Below are positions 55,665 through 64,000 of a stretch of 64,000 nt of DNA, piece after piece (the stretch's first letter is position 1; each line of letters begins with the position of its first letter). The translations under genes and the position numbers were made by a program. Below the pieces are notes generated by a model that worked only from the letters and a program-made list of their open reading frames with translations, ran no database searches and had not been told where the DNA came from. Origin of the DNA: an uncultured Ignavibacteria bacterium (GTDB taxonomy: Bacteria; Bacteroidota; Ignavibacteria; UBA10030; SZUA-254); the NCBI GenBank assembly GCA_963724215.1, contig CAVRTZ010000008.1:130378-194377 (forward strand). Direction: 5' to 3'.

Positions 55665-57484
55665 TCATTTCCAGAGCCTGCCCCACTTTTCGTCCACCCG
55701 GCGGACGACGTCGTCGTCCATCACCAGGGGTTTGGGATAGCCCTGCTTCCACGTCGCGTCGATCCCCATCGTCCCCTTATAGACCGGCGAGATGCCGATG
55801 AGACGGTTTTCGGTGAAAACGACGTCCCTTTCGCAGTCGAAGCGCGTGAAAACTCCCCAAATATAACTCTCCCGGTCGTGAATGTCCACGTCGTCGCTCA
55901 CCGCGGCGATCATCGGGACCATGGCGAAGCGCGGGTCCTTCACGAGTTTCCCGACGATCTCCCTTCCGCCTGCGGTGACCTTGACGAGCAGCATCGTGGC
56001 CTGCGGGAACGCAGCGTCGAGGATGCGCGAATCGAACGAGCGGGCGTCGCTGACGATCGCGTCGGAAAGGACGATCCGGGCGCCCGGCTGACTGACGCGC
56101 CTGCATCGCCCCGGCCACCCTTGCCTGAGTTCCGATCCGCCGCGCTCCTCCCCGGCTTGCGGGTCGCGTCGATGATCATCTTGCTCCCGAGGTTCATCGT
56201 GAAGCTCGTGAAGTCGAGCGTGTCGAGCGGGACTTTCGGGATCATCACAAAATCGAAGTGCGGGTCGAAGTGATCGCGAACCTCGCGCAGGACACCGTCC
56301 CAGTCGCGCGGGTCGACGCCCGCCGAGACCGTGACGATGCACTTCGTGAGCGAGAGCTGGTCCGTGCCCATGAGGCCGAGCGCGGTCTTCATCGCCTCTT
56401 TCTGATAGCGCTGTTCGATCGCGACCACGAGCAGGTTATGAAATCCCGCCTCGTAGTACGCCCAGAGCGCGGTGACTTCCTTGTGGATGAGCCTGACCAG
56501 CGGACCGAGGATCTTCTGCGTCGCGTCGCCGAGGAACTTGTCCTCCATCGGCGGCTTGCCCACGACGATCGCCGGATAGACCGGCTCGTTCCGGTGCGTG
56601 ATGGTCCGGATGTGGAACACCGGGAACTCGGCGGCCGCTGAGTAATGCCCGAAGTGGTCGCCGAACGGACCTTCCATCCGCCGTTCGCGCGCGGGCACGA
56701 CGCCTTCGAGGATGAACTCCGCAGACGCGGGCACCGGGAGACCGATGGTCTTTCCCCGCGCGAATTCTATCCTGCGGTTCATCAGGAAACCGGCGAACAT
56801 CGCCTCATCGATCTTCTCGGGGAGCGCCGCGATCGTCGCGAACAGGAGCGCGGGATCGGTACCGAGCGCGACGGCGACTTCGAGGTCTCGCCCGGCTTTT
56901 TCGGCCTTATAGTAGTGGAACCCGCCGCCTTTCTGGATCTGCCAGTGCATCCCGGTGGTGCGCTCGTCGAAGACGTGCATCCTGTAGATGCCGATGTTCC
57001 GCTTGCCGTTTTCCGGGTCGGCCGTGTGGACCTGCCCGTACGTGATGAACTTTCCGCCGTCGCCGGGCCAGCATTTCTGCACCGGGAGCAGGCCGAGGTC
57101 GGGCGAGACGACGTTCTGCTGGCTGAGCGCCGGGACGGAGGTCTCCTTCGGCCTGGCGTTCAGCGCGCGGCGCACCATCGGCCACTCGCCGCGGACGCTT
57201 TTCAATGACGGGGGAAAGATCCGCTCCGCGAAACCGATGAGCGCTTCGCCGAGGAGGTCGGGGTCCTCGCCGAGGGCGAGCCGGATCCGCTCCTCGTTCG
57301 AAAAATGGTTGACGACGAGCGGGAACGCCGCGCCGCGGGGGCGCTCGACCAGGAGCGCGGGCTTGCCTTCCTTCAGCGCGCGGGTGGAAATTTCAGTGAG
57401 CTCGAGGACGGGATCGATGTCGACGGAAGTGCGGTGGAGCTGCCCCTTCGACTCGAGGAGGCGGAGGAATTCTCTCAGAGCCAT
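55665..57484 (-). pseudogene. UbiD-family (menaquinone-pathway) decarboxylase; at least one frame break near 56150
   Basis: MALREFLRLLESKGQLHRTSVDIDPVLELTEI opens the protein at 57484. Further blocks are GGKFITYGQVHT, RNIGIYRMHV and GPFGDHFGHYS. After GSKMIIDATRKPG, the C-terminus SYIWGVFTRFDCERDVVF...GIDATWKQGYPKP continues in ORF 55665..56342. Confidence 0.75.
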
Positions 57485-57489
57485 CGCGG

Positions 57490-58043
57490 TTATTCCAGCT
57501 CTTCCGACCGCCAGCCCTTGCCCGTCCCGGCGCCGATCACGTGAAGGACCCTGTCCACGAACCCCCCGACGTATTCCTGCACGGTGTCCGGCTTGTAATA
57601 GAGGGGCGGGGATACCGGCATGATGATGACGCCGGAACGCGAGAGCGGTCGCGCACTGCTCGAGCGAAATGGTCGAAAGCGGGGTTTCGCGGACGCAGAG
57701 GACGAGTTTGTACCGCTCCTTGAGCGCGACGGCGGCGGTCCGCGTGATGAGCGAGTCGCCGATGCCGGAGGCGATCTTCCCGAGCGTGGAGGTCGAACAG
57801 GGGAGGATGACGTACGCGTCGAACCTGTTCGAGCCGGACGCCAGCGGCGCGGTGAGGTCGTCGTTGGCGAACTGCTTCTTGACGTACGGCTGAAGGTCCT
57901 TCTCGGTGATCTTCAGCTCGTCTTTCAAGAAGAGCCTTCCCCCACTTGCTGACGATCAGGAATTTGTCGCCGGGACAGCGCTTCAGGAAGTCCTGCGCGT
58001 AGACGGCGCCCGACGATCCGGTGATGCCGACGACGATCCTCAA
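57490..58043 (-). pseudogene. ubiX: UbiX-type flavin prenyltransferase; two frame breaks
   Basis: A TTG start overlaps the ubiA-like stop. Blocks are RIVVGITGSSGAVYA, AYVILPCSTSTLGKIASGIGDSLITRTAAVALKERYKLVLCVRETPLS and VIIMPVSPPLYYKP. Frame switches are at the T3 run 57923-57925 and near 57650. The stop is at 57490, 6 nt before the UbiD-like ATG. Confidence 0.75.
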
Positions 58044-58876
58044 TGGACCACCGTCCCGGTGATGATCATCCCGAAGACCACGAACCCGAGCCAGGCGTTG
58101 ATCCTGAAGAACGCCAGGTCGACGTCCGCGGCGCGGTGCTGCTCGACCCAGAGGAGGACGCCGGTCAGCACGAAGAAAAGGCGAGGCGTACCACGACCTG
58201 ATCGTCGTGGCGAAGAGCATCGCGAGGAACACGAACGCGGCGAGGTGGAAGCCGGCCGACCAGCGCAGCGCTTTCTCCTTTCCAAACCGTGAAACGAATG
58301 ACCGCAGGTTGAGCTTCTTGTCGAACTCCTCGTCGAGCGTCGCGTAGATGATGTCGAACCCGGCGCCCCAGAAAACGGTGAAGAGGCAGAGCCAGACCGC
58401 CGGCAGGATGTTATCGAACGACTGCGCGGCGGCGAAGTATCCGCCGAGCGGCGCCATCGACATCCCGAGCCCCACGCCGAAGTGCGCGAGGACGGTGAAG
58501 CGTTTCATGTAGGGATAGACCATGAAGACCGCGAGCGGAATCGGGGAGAGGACGAGGCAGAACGTCGAAGATCGCCGCGGCGGAGGCGAAGTAGAACGCG
58601 CACCCGAGCGCGAGCACGAGGTACCCTTCCCGCACGCGACATCCTGCCGCTCGGCAGTTCGCGGCCGGCGGTGCGGGGGTTCTGCGCGTCGATCTTCCTG
58701 TCGATGATCCGGTTCAGGGCGAACGCCGCCGTGCGCGCCCCGACCGCCGCCAGGAGGACCAGGACGAGGAGGGAAAACTCCGGCGGTCCGTCCAGCCCGA
58801 GAATCACCCCGGAATAGATGAGCGGCAGGGTGAACAGCGTATGCTCGATCTTGACGAAATTGATGAATTTCTTCAA
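58040..58876 (-). pseudogene. UbiA-family aromatic prenyltransferase (menaquinone-pathway MqnP-like); at least three frame breaks
   Basis: A TTG start gives LKKFINFVKIEHTLFTLPL. Further blocks are ARTAAFALNRIIDRKIDAQNPRT (NxxxD motif), VYPYMKRFT, WGAGFDIIYATLDEEFD and a hydrophobic C-terminus. The pieces lie in ORFs 58505..58936, 58411..58635, 57537..59000 and 58040..58285. Confidence 0.65.
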
Positions 58877-58993
58877 AGGGGGCGGCTTTCCGGGTGATGG
58901 TTGGAAAAATATACCCAAAAGGGGAGATGCAATCAAGAAACCGTCCCACGGCCGGGTGACCGGATATTTTCAGGCCGCATGCGTGGGAGGATG

Positions 58994-59022
58994 TTGACAT
59001 TATTCCCGGGTAATTGTAAATT
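58994..59022 (+). promoter_or_regulatory. candidate sigma70-type promoter of the lipoprotein gene
   Basis: TTGACA (58994-58999), a 17-nt spacer, then TAAATT (59017-59022). It lies about 47 nt upstream of the ATG at 59069. Confidence 0.4.
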
Positions 59023-59068
59023 CAGCCCGTTGTACCCATCATATCAACCATCATAAGGAATTTTCGAT

Positions 59069-59779
59069 ATGCAGTTAAAGTCGTTGTTCTTGCTCCTGGC
59101 GGTCTTCGCGCTCATCCTCGGCGGCTGCAAGGATGACGAGAACCCGGCCGGTCCGGCCGGCCCCACCATCACCAGTTACGTCGGCGTCATGGCCGGCACC
59201 GGCGTTTCCGGCACGCTCACGATCAGCATCCCCACCGCGAAACGCGTCTATACCCCGTCGGCCGATCCCGGCGACACCGTCGAGATCACCGCGACGCTGA
59301 AGATCAACGGCGGTGCCACCATCCCGCTCACCGGACACCACATCGTCGCCACCGGTGCAAATCCACCTCGAGGGCGGCGGGTACATGTTCGACGGCATCG
59401 TCACCGCCGGTGGGATCACCGGCACGTTCACGTACGCCGGGCGGCAGCGGCATCTTCAACTGCCACGAGGGGAACGCGCTGAACGTCAAGACGTTCTGCG
59501 GCCGGTACCAGGACAACACCCCCGGGACCGAGGCGGGTGCCTTCAACATGACCATCAGCGGGACGGCGATTTACGTGATCGTGTATCCCGACGAAGCGGG
59601 CGGACAGTCCTTCTCGACGACCGGCTCGATCAACGCGGAGAACGTGATATCGATTTACAACCCCGAGAATACGGCCATCGTCATCGCGACGGGCACGTTG
59701 AACCCGACAGCGAACACCGTGAGCGGGTCAGTACTACGGCGAACCGGGCGGTACCTGGTCCGGCGAGCTCTGCCACTGA
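59069..59779 (+). pseudogene. lipoprotein of unknown function; three frame breaks
   Basis: Lipoprotein signal MQLKSLFLLLAVFALILGGC. The coding signal continues through ORFs 59069..59482, 59313..59843 and 59410..59919, with switches near 59358, 59445 and 59730. It ends YYGEPGGTWSGELCH with a stop at 59777-59779. Confidence 0.5.
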
Positions 59780-60016
59780 TCGATTCTTCTCCCGGTACGA
59801 CGGGCGGTCGACTCTTTTTTTTCAGGAGCGGCCGCCTTTTTAATTTTCTCCCCGGGGGTCCTGTGTTCCCCGCAACCGGCCGGTTTTGCCCTATCCTTCC
59901 CTTCAGGTATGGGTCGTAATCCCCGAAACCTTGTATTTTTTCGGATATTTTGGTATTATTTACATCTGTTTCAGGGCACATCACCTCCACTTCGCACAAC
60001 GAAAGGAATTTCATCA

Positions 60017-62034
60017 ATGGTTGTAAAATCCGCATCGGTCGCGGCGTTCCTGGTCGTATTCCTGTTCGGGGCCTGCTCCCCGAAGGTCGGCGAATCGGTC
60101 GTCCTCGAGGTCGGGACATCGAAGGTCACGCTCAATGAGTATGAGAATTTCTACGCCAGGAACAGCGGGACCGGGGACACGCTTTCCAATACCCCGATGG
60201 CCGAACGGGAACGGTTCCTCGACCTGCTGACGCGCTACCGATTGAAACTGGCGGACGCGGAGGACAGGAACCTCGCCGCCGATCCCGAAGTGCAGGGCGA
60301 ACTGCGCGACTACCGCGCGAGCCTCGCGGCCACCTATATGATCGAAAAGGAAATCACCGATCCGGGGATCAGGCTGCTCTACGACCGGAAGACCGAGGAG
60401 ATCCGCGGAAAGCACATCCTCGTCGCGTTGAAACCGGAGGCGTCACCCGCCGACACCCTGAAGGCGTACGAGAAGGCGATGGGCCTGATCGCGAAACTGA
60501 AGGCCGGCGCGGACTTCGATTCGCTCGCGTTGGCGGAATCGGAGGACCCCACGGTGAAATCGAACGGTGGCGACCTCTATTTCTTCACAGGCGGCCAGAT
60601 GGTGATGCCGTTCGAAAACGGGGCGTACGCGATGAAGGTGAACGAGACCTCGACCATCCCGGTCCGCACCTCCTTCGGCTATCATGTCCTGAAAATCACC
60701 GCCCGCCAGCCGCGTCCGCGGATCGATCAAGGTCCGGCACATCATGGCCCTCGTGAAGCGGGCGCCGACCGACACCGGCGACACCGCATCCGCCATCGGC
60801 AGGATCCGCGCGTGGCAGGACAGCCTGGCGAAGGGCGTCGACTTCGCCACGCTGGCGACCGCAGTCTCCGAGGACCAGGGCAGCGCGGCGCGCGGCGGAG
60901 ACCTCGGCTGGTTCGAACGGAAACGGTACGTCCAGCCGTTCGACGAAGCGTCGTTCCTCCTGATGCCCGGCCAGGTCTCGCCGGTCGTGAAGACCCCCTA
61001 CGGGTACCACCTCATCAAGTGCGACAGCGCAAAGCCCCTCCCGTCGTATGCGGAGATGCGGGCGCAACCGGGGGACCCCCTGAAAGAAACGTACCAGCAG
61101 ATCCGGTTCAACGACGACTACAACGCCTACATCGCCGGGCTGATGAAGAAATACAATTACGCGTTCCAGGAGGGGACATTCTCGTCCCTGCTGAGCGTCC
61201 TCGATTCGAACATGACCACCCAGGACAGCGGCTGGGACGGAAAGGTGACCGCGTCGATCCGCAGCGCGTCCCTGTTCAGGCTCGATACCGTCGTCTACGA
61301 CGTCGACACCGCGCTCTCGATGCTGGTGAACCGCCCCGAGCTCCAGAACACGCTCCTGCGCAGGGGAGACCTCGAGAAGCAGTTCAGGAAAATCTCCGAA
61401 ACACTCCTCCTCGACGCGCATTCGACGGGGCTCGAGCAGCGGTCGCCGGAGTTCGGCGCGTTGATGAAGGACTACCGCGACGGCATCGTGCTCTACAAGG
61501 CGGAACAGATCGAGGTGTGGAACAGGGTCAGCGTCACCGATTCCGCCCTCCGGGTCTACTGGGAGGGGCACAAGGAGGACTTCAACTTCCCGGCGAAGGT
61601 GACATACGCCGAGATGAACTTCGACAGCGACACGCTCGCGCTGATCATCTACGATTCGCTGATGCGCGGGGCCGACTTCACGGCGCTCGCCCGTGAGCAC
61701 AACTTCGACGACTCGCTCAAGGCGAGCGGCGGCCTGGGAGCCCCCCAGCCCGCGAACACCGACGAGGTCACGGAAATGCTCGCGGGGATGAACGTCGGCG
61801 ACGTCTCGGAGCCGCTCTCGGTCGGGAGCGGGATCATGATGATCGTGAAACTGGTCGCCAAGGAGCCGCCGAAGCAGAAGACCTTTCGAGGAGGCGGGGG
61901 CCGAGCTCTCGAACGCCTACCAGGACGCCGAGTCGAAACGGCTCGAGGGCCTCTGGATCGAAAAGATCAAGGTGAAGCACCCGGTCGTCCAGCACAGGGA
62001 ACTCCTCAAGGACGCGTTCCCGCCGATGAAATGA
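60017..62034 (+). pseudogene. periplasmic peptidyl-prolyl isomerase with two parvulin (PpiC) domains, SurA/PpiD-like lipoprotein; two frame breaks
   Basis: The start is MVVKSASVAAFLVVFLFGAC. The parvulin blocks are IRGKHILV...GGDLYFFTGGQMVMPFENGAY...FGYHVLKI and VRHIMALV...GGDLGWFERKRYVQPFDEASF...YGYHLIKC. Frame switches are near 60715 and in the T3 run 61884-61886. The stop at 62032-62034 overlaps the next ATG. Confidence 0.75.
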
Positions 62035-62897
62035 GAATCCTCCCCGGCGCCTTCCTGATCGTCGTCATCTCGCTGCTCTCCTGCGGCTGCAGGGCCGAGC
62101 CGGAGGGGACGGTGATCGCGCGGGTGGGCGATTCGGCGCTCACGCTCGAGCAGGCCAGGGGCGAACTGGACACCACGGCTGCCGACATCGATGAGCGTCT
62201 CGCCCGGTACACGTCGGCGTGGGTGAACTCGGAACTTCTTCACCAGGAAGCGGTGCGGCTCGGGATCGAGGGCGATCCGGGTTTCGAAGCTCGCATGGGC
62301 GCGGTGCGGCGCCAGCTCGCGAACCAGGAGCTCATCGACCGGCTGATCTACGGCGACACCGCGTCGTTCGGCGACGACGTCCTCCGGTCCTATTTCGCCT
62401 CCCACCCGGACGAATTCACCATCGCCGAGAACCACCTGAAGCTCCGGCTCGTCACGTTCCGCGGGCGTGAGTTCGCCAGGAGATTTTCCGTGTCGGTGAC
62501 GCCGGCGAGGAGCTGGACGACGGTGCTCGATACGGTCGTGAGGGACGCGAAGATGTCGCAGGAGCTCGTCTCGTCAATCCCGGAGCGGTGGTACACGCGC
62601 TCCACACTCTATCCGCCCGAGCTCTGGAAGGTCGCCGGACCGCTCGGACCCGGGGACGTTTCCTTCCCCGTGAAGACCGACGGGGGCTTCACGGTGCTCC
62701 AGTACGTCGCGCTCGCCCCCGCGGGGAAAACGACCGAATTCGACCTCGCGCGGGAGGAAGTGCTCAACCGGGTGCTGATCGACAACCGCCGCTCGCGCCT
62801 GGAGGCGCTCCTCGGAACTCTCCGTGAGAGGTACGGTGTTGAAATCAACATGAATGACGCCAGGCGTCGGGAAGGATCCGCCGATACCAATGAGTAA
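62031..62897 (+). CDS. SurA-N/PpiC-like periplasmic chaperone lipoprotein (degenerate parvulin)
   Basis: Internal ATG of ORF 60744..62897. Lipoprotein signal MRILPGAFLIVVISLLSCGC. A SurA_N-like helical region (ARVGDSALTLEQARGEL...NQELIDRLI) is followed by a weak parvulin-like domain. Confidence 0.55.
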   Translation: MRILPGAFLIVVISLLSCGCRAEPEGTVIARVGDSALTLEQARGELDTTAADIDERLARYTSAWVNSELLHQEAVRLGIEGDPGFEARMGAVRRQLANQELIDRLIYGDTASFGDDVLRSYFASHPDEFTIAENHLKLRLVTFRGREFARRFSVSVTPARSWTTVLDTVVRDAKMSQELVSSIPERWYTRSTLYPPELWKVAGPLGPGDVSFPVKTDGGFTVLQYVALAPAGKTTEFDLAREEVLNRVLIDNRRSRLEALLGTLRERYGVEINMNDARRREGSADTNE

Positions 62898-64000
62898 GAG
62901 GGACAGTTCCAGGGGGATCACGCCTGCGATCCTCGCCCTCGCGGGCGCGCTCGCGCTTTTTTTCCCGGCGGCCGCCCCCGCGCAGAACGACACGCTCGAC
63001 AGGATCGTGGCCGTCGTGGGGAAGGAGGCGATCTTCCTCTCCGACCTCAAGGCCCAGACCGACTTCTACGCCCTCTCGAACCGCATCAGCCCCGAGACCC
63101 CGGGGTTGAAGGAGCAGGTCCTCGACGCCATGATCAACGAGAAACTGCTCCTCGCCCAGGCCCTCCGCGACACCTCGCTCAAGGTCACCGAAGACCAGAT
63201 CACCACCCGCCTCGACGAGCTGGTCGCGCAAAGGATCGCGCACCCCCAGGTCGGCACGCAGGAGAAGCTCGAGGAACTCTACGGGATGCCGGTGAGCAGG
63301 ATGAAGCGGGAGTTCCGGGACGAGATGCGCAAGCAGATCCTCGCGCAGCAGCTCCAGCAGGTCCGCTTCGACGGCGTGCAGGTGTCCCGACGGGAGGTCG
63401 AGGAATTCTTCACCACGTACAAGGACAGCCTCCCGGAGGTCCCGGCGGAACTGGAGCTCTACCATATCTTCCGCTTTCCCCGGGTGAGCGCCGCGAGTCG
63501 CGAGGCGATCATGAAGAAAGCCACCATGGTGCGCGATTCGTTGATCCTGGGCGGCGACTTCGCCGCGTTCGCGAAACAGTATTCCGAGGACAAGGCCACC
63601 GCCGGCTCCGGCGGCGACCTCGGGTTCTGGAAACGCGGGGAATTCGTCCCCGACTTCGAGGAGATCGTCTTCTCGCTCAAGGAAGGCCAGCTCTCCGGGA
63701 TCGTCGAGACGTCCCGCGGCTTCCACATCATCGAGGTCATGGAACGCCGGGGGGACAAGGTGAAGGCCAGGCACATCCTGTTCCGCGCGGAGGTCGACTC
63801 GACCTCGTCGTCGGAGGCGGTCTCACTCCTCCTCTCCCTGAAGGACAGCGCGAAGGCGGGTGTCCCGTTCGCCGACCTTGCCCGGAGGCATTCCGACGAC
63901 AAGGAGTCGGGCCCGCTCGGCGGGCTGATCGGCCGCCTGACCACGGACCAGTTCGACCCGGAGCTGGTGAAGGTGGCGGACTCCCTCGAAACGGGCGAAA
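62890..64000 (+). CDS. surA: chaperone/peptidyl-prolyl isomerase SurA (3' end beyond window)
   Basis: An open frame runs from the ATG at 62890 (8-nt overlap with the previous stop) to the window end; it is not in the ORF track because no stop is reached. It has a signal peptide. LDRIVAVVGKEAIFLSDL is SurA_N. The first parvulin domain is ELYHIF...GGDLGFWKRGEFVPDFEEIVFSL...SRGFHIIEV, and a second parvulin begins at ARHILF. Confidence 0.8.
   Translation, partial: MSKRDSSRGITPAILALAGALALFFPAAAPAQNDTLDRIVAVVGKEAIFLSDLKAQTDFYALSNRISPETPGLKEQVLDAMINEKLLLAQALRDTSLKVTEDQITTRLDELVAQRIAHPQVGTQEKLEELYGMPVSRMKREFRDEMRKQILAQQLQQVRFDGVQVSRREVEEFFTTYKDSLPEVPAELELYHIFRFPRVSAASREAIMKKATMVRDSLILGGDFAAFAKQYSEDKATAGSGGDLGFWKRGEFVPDFEEIVFSLKEGQLSGIVETSRGFHIIEVMERRGDKVKARHILFRAEVDSTSSSEAVSLLLSLKDSAKAGVPFADLARRHSDDKESGPLGGLIGRLTTDQFDPELVKVADSLETGE

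Noticed and set aside
59780-59850. T-tracts (TTTTTTTT at about 59814-59822, TTTTTAATTTT at about 59837-59847) as terminators after the lipoprotein gene.
   Set aside because: Only 4-bp or self-palindromic (GCGGCCGC) stems precede them, which is not convincing without a folding calculation.
1-64000. Frame breaks as programmed ribosomal frameshifts, recoding sites or intron/intein-like interruptions.
   Set aside because: There are too many of them (about 40). They occur in unrelated housekeeping genes at ordinary short homopolymers, without slippery heptamers or downstream structures, and up to 8 occur per gene.
1-64000. Search for tRNA, rRNA, CRISPR repeats, toxin-antitoxin pairs, restriction-modification or other defence genes.
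   Set aside because: No GTTCGAATC-type T-loops in intergenic regions, no regularly spaced direct repeats, and no recognisable nuclease, methylase or ATPase defence signatures were seen. The intergenic spaces are short.

Overview
This is a GC-rich bacterial chromosomal segment (roughly two-thirds G+C by eye, not computed) with about 57 protein-coding genes. I saw no rRNA, tRNA, CRISPR array, transposase or integrase.

Lineage signals point to the FCB superphylum (Ignavibacteriota/Bacteroidota-like relatives):
- three proteins end in type-A T9SS C-terminal sorting domains (NYPNPFNP...VYFYRL);
- many genes lack Shine-Dalgarno sequences and have CA-rich leaders;
- menaquinone is made by the futalosine route.

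Layout:
- 0-28 kb (almost all minus strand): ion transport and envelope functions. These include a CorA-like transporter, two CDF transporters, a CrcB+DUF190 fluoride module, TauE, a GT39 glycosyltransferase, an amidase, BNR/VPS10 propellers, Tag glycosylase, a DCC-LMF fusion and an outer-membrane barrel.
- 29-36 kb: a tandem duplication of a DUF1800/DUF1501 gene pair, with the DUF1501 proteins T9SS-tagged.
- 36-39 kb: MarR, YceI, a [2Fe-2S]-adenylate cyclase and a Crp/Fnr regulator.
- 39.3-50.2 kb: the stand-out feature, an eight-gene tightly packed, largely translationally coupled cluster with 50 haem-c motifs in total. It encodes a USP with a twin four-Cys module, a CbcL-like 13-haem/cytochrome b fusion, a 19-haem cytochrome with a separate cytochrome b, an ImcH-like heptahaem, and a Rieske/cytochrome b6-subunit IV core with an 11-haem membrane-anchored cytochrome.
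- 51.7-58.9 kb: futalosine-pathway menaquinone genes (mqnD-like, mqnC, mqnA, mqnE, UbiD/UbiX/UbiA-type).
- 59-64 kb: a lipoprotein and three SurA/PpiC-type chaperone genes.

Roughly 40 single-base frame breaks are present. Those I could resolve lie in short homopolymers, and they are strongly clustered: none between 28.1 and 51.7 kb, about 30 between 51.7 and 62 kb. They look like consensus indel errors. Affected genes are reported as single interrupted genes.

All functional calls come from motif recognition by eye; no database search was run.
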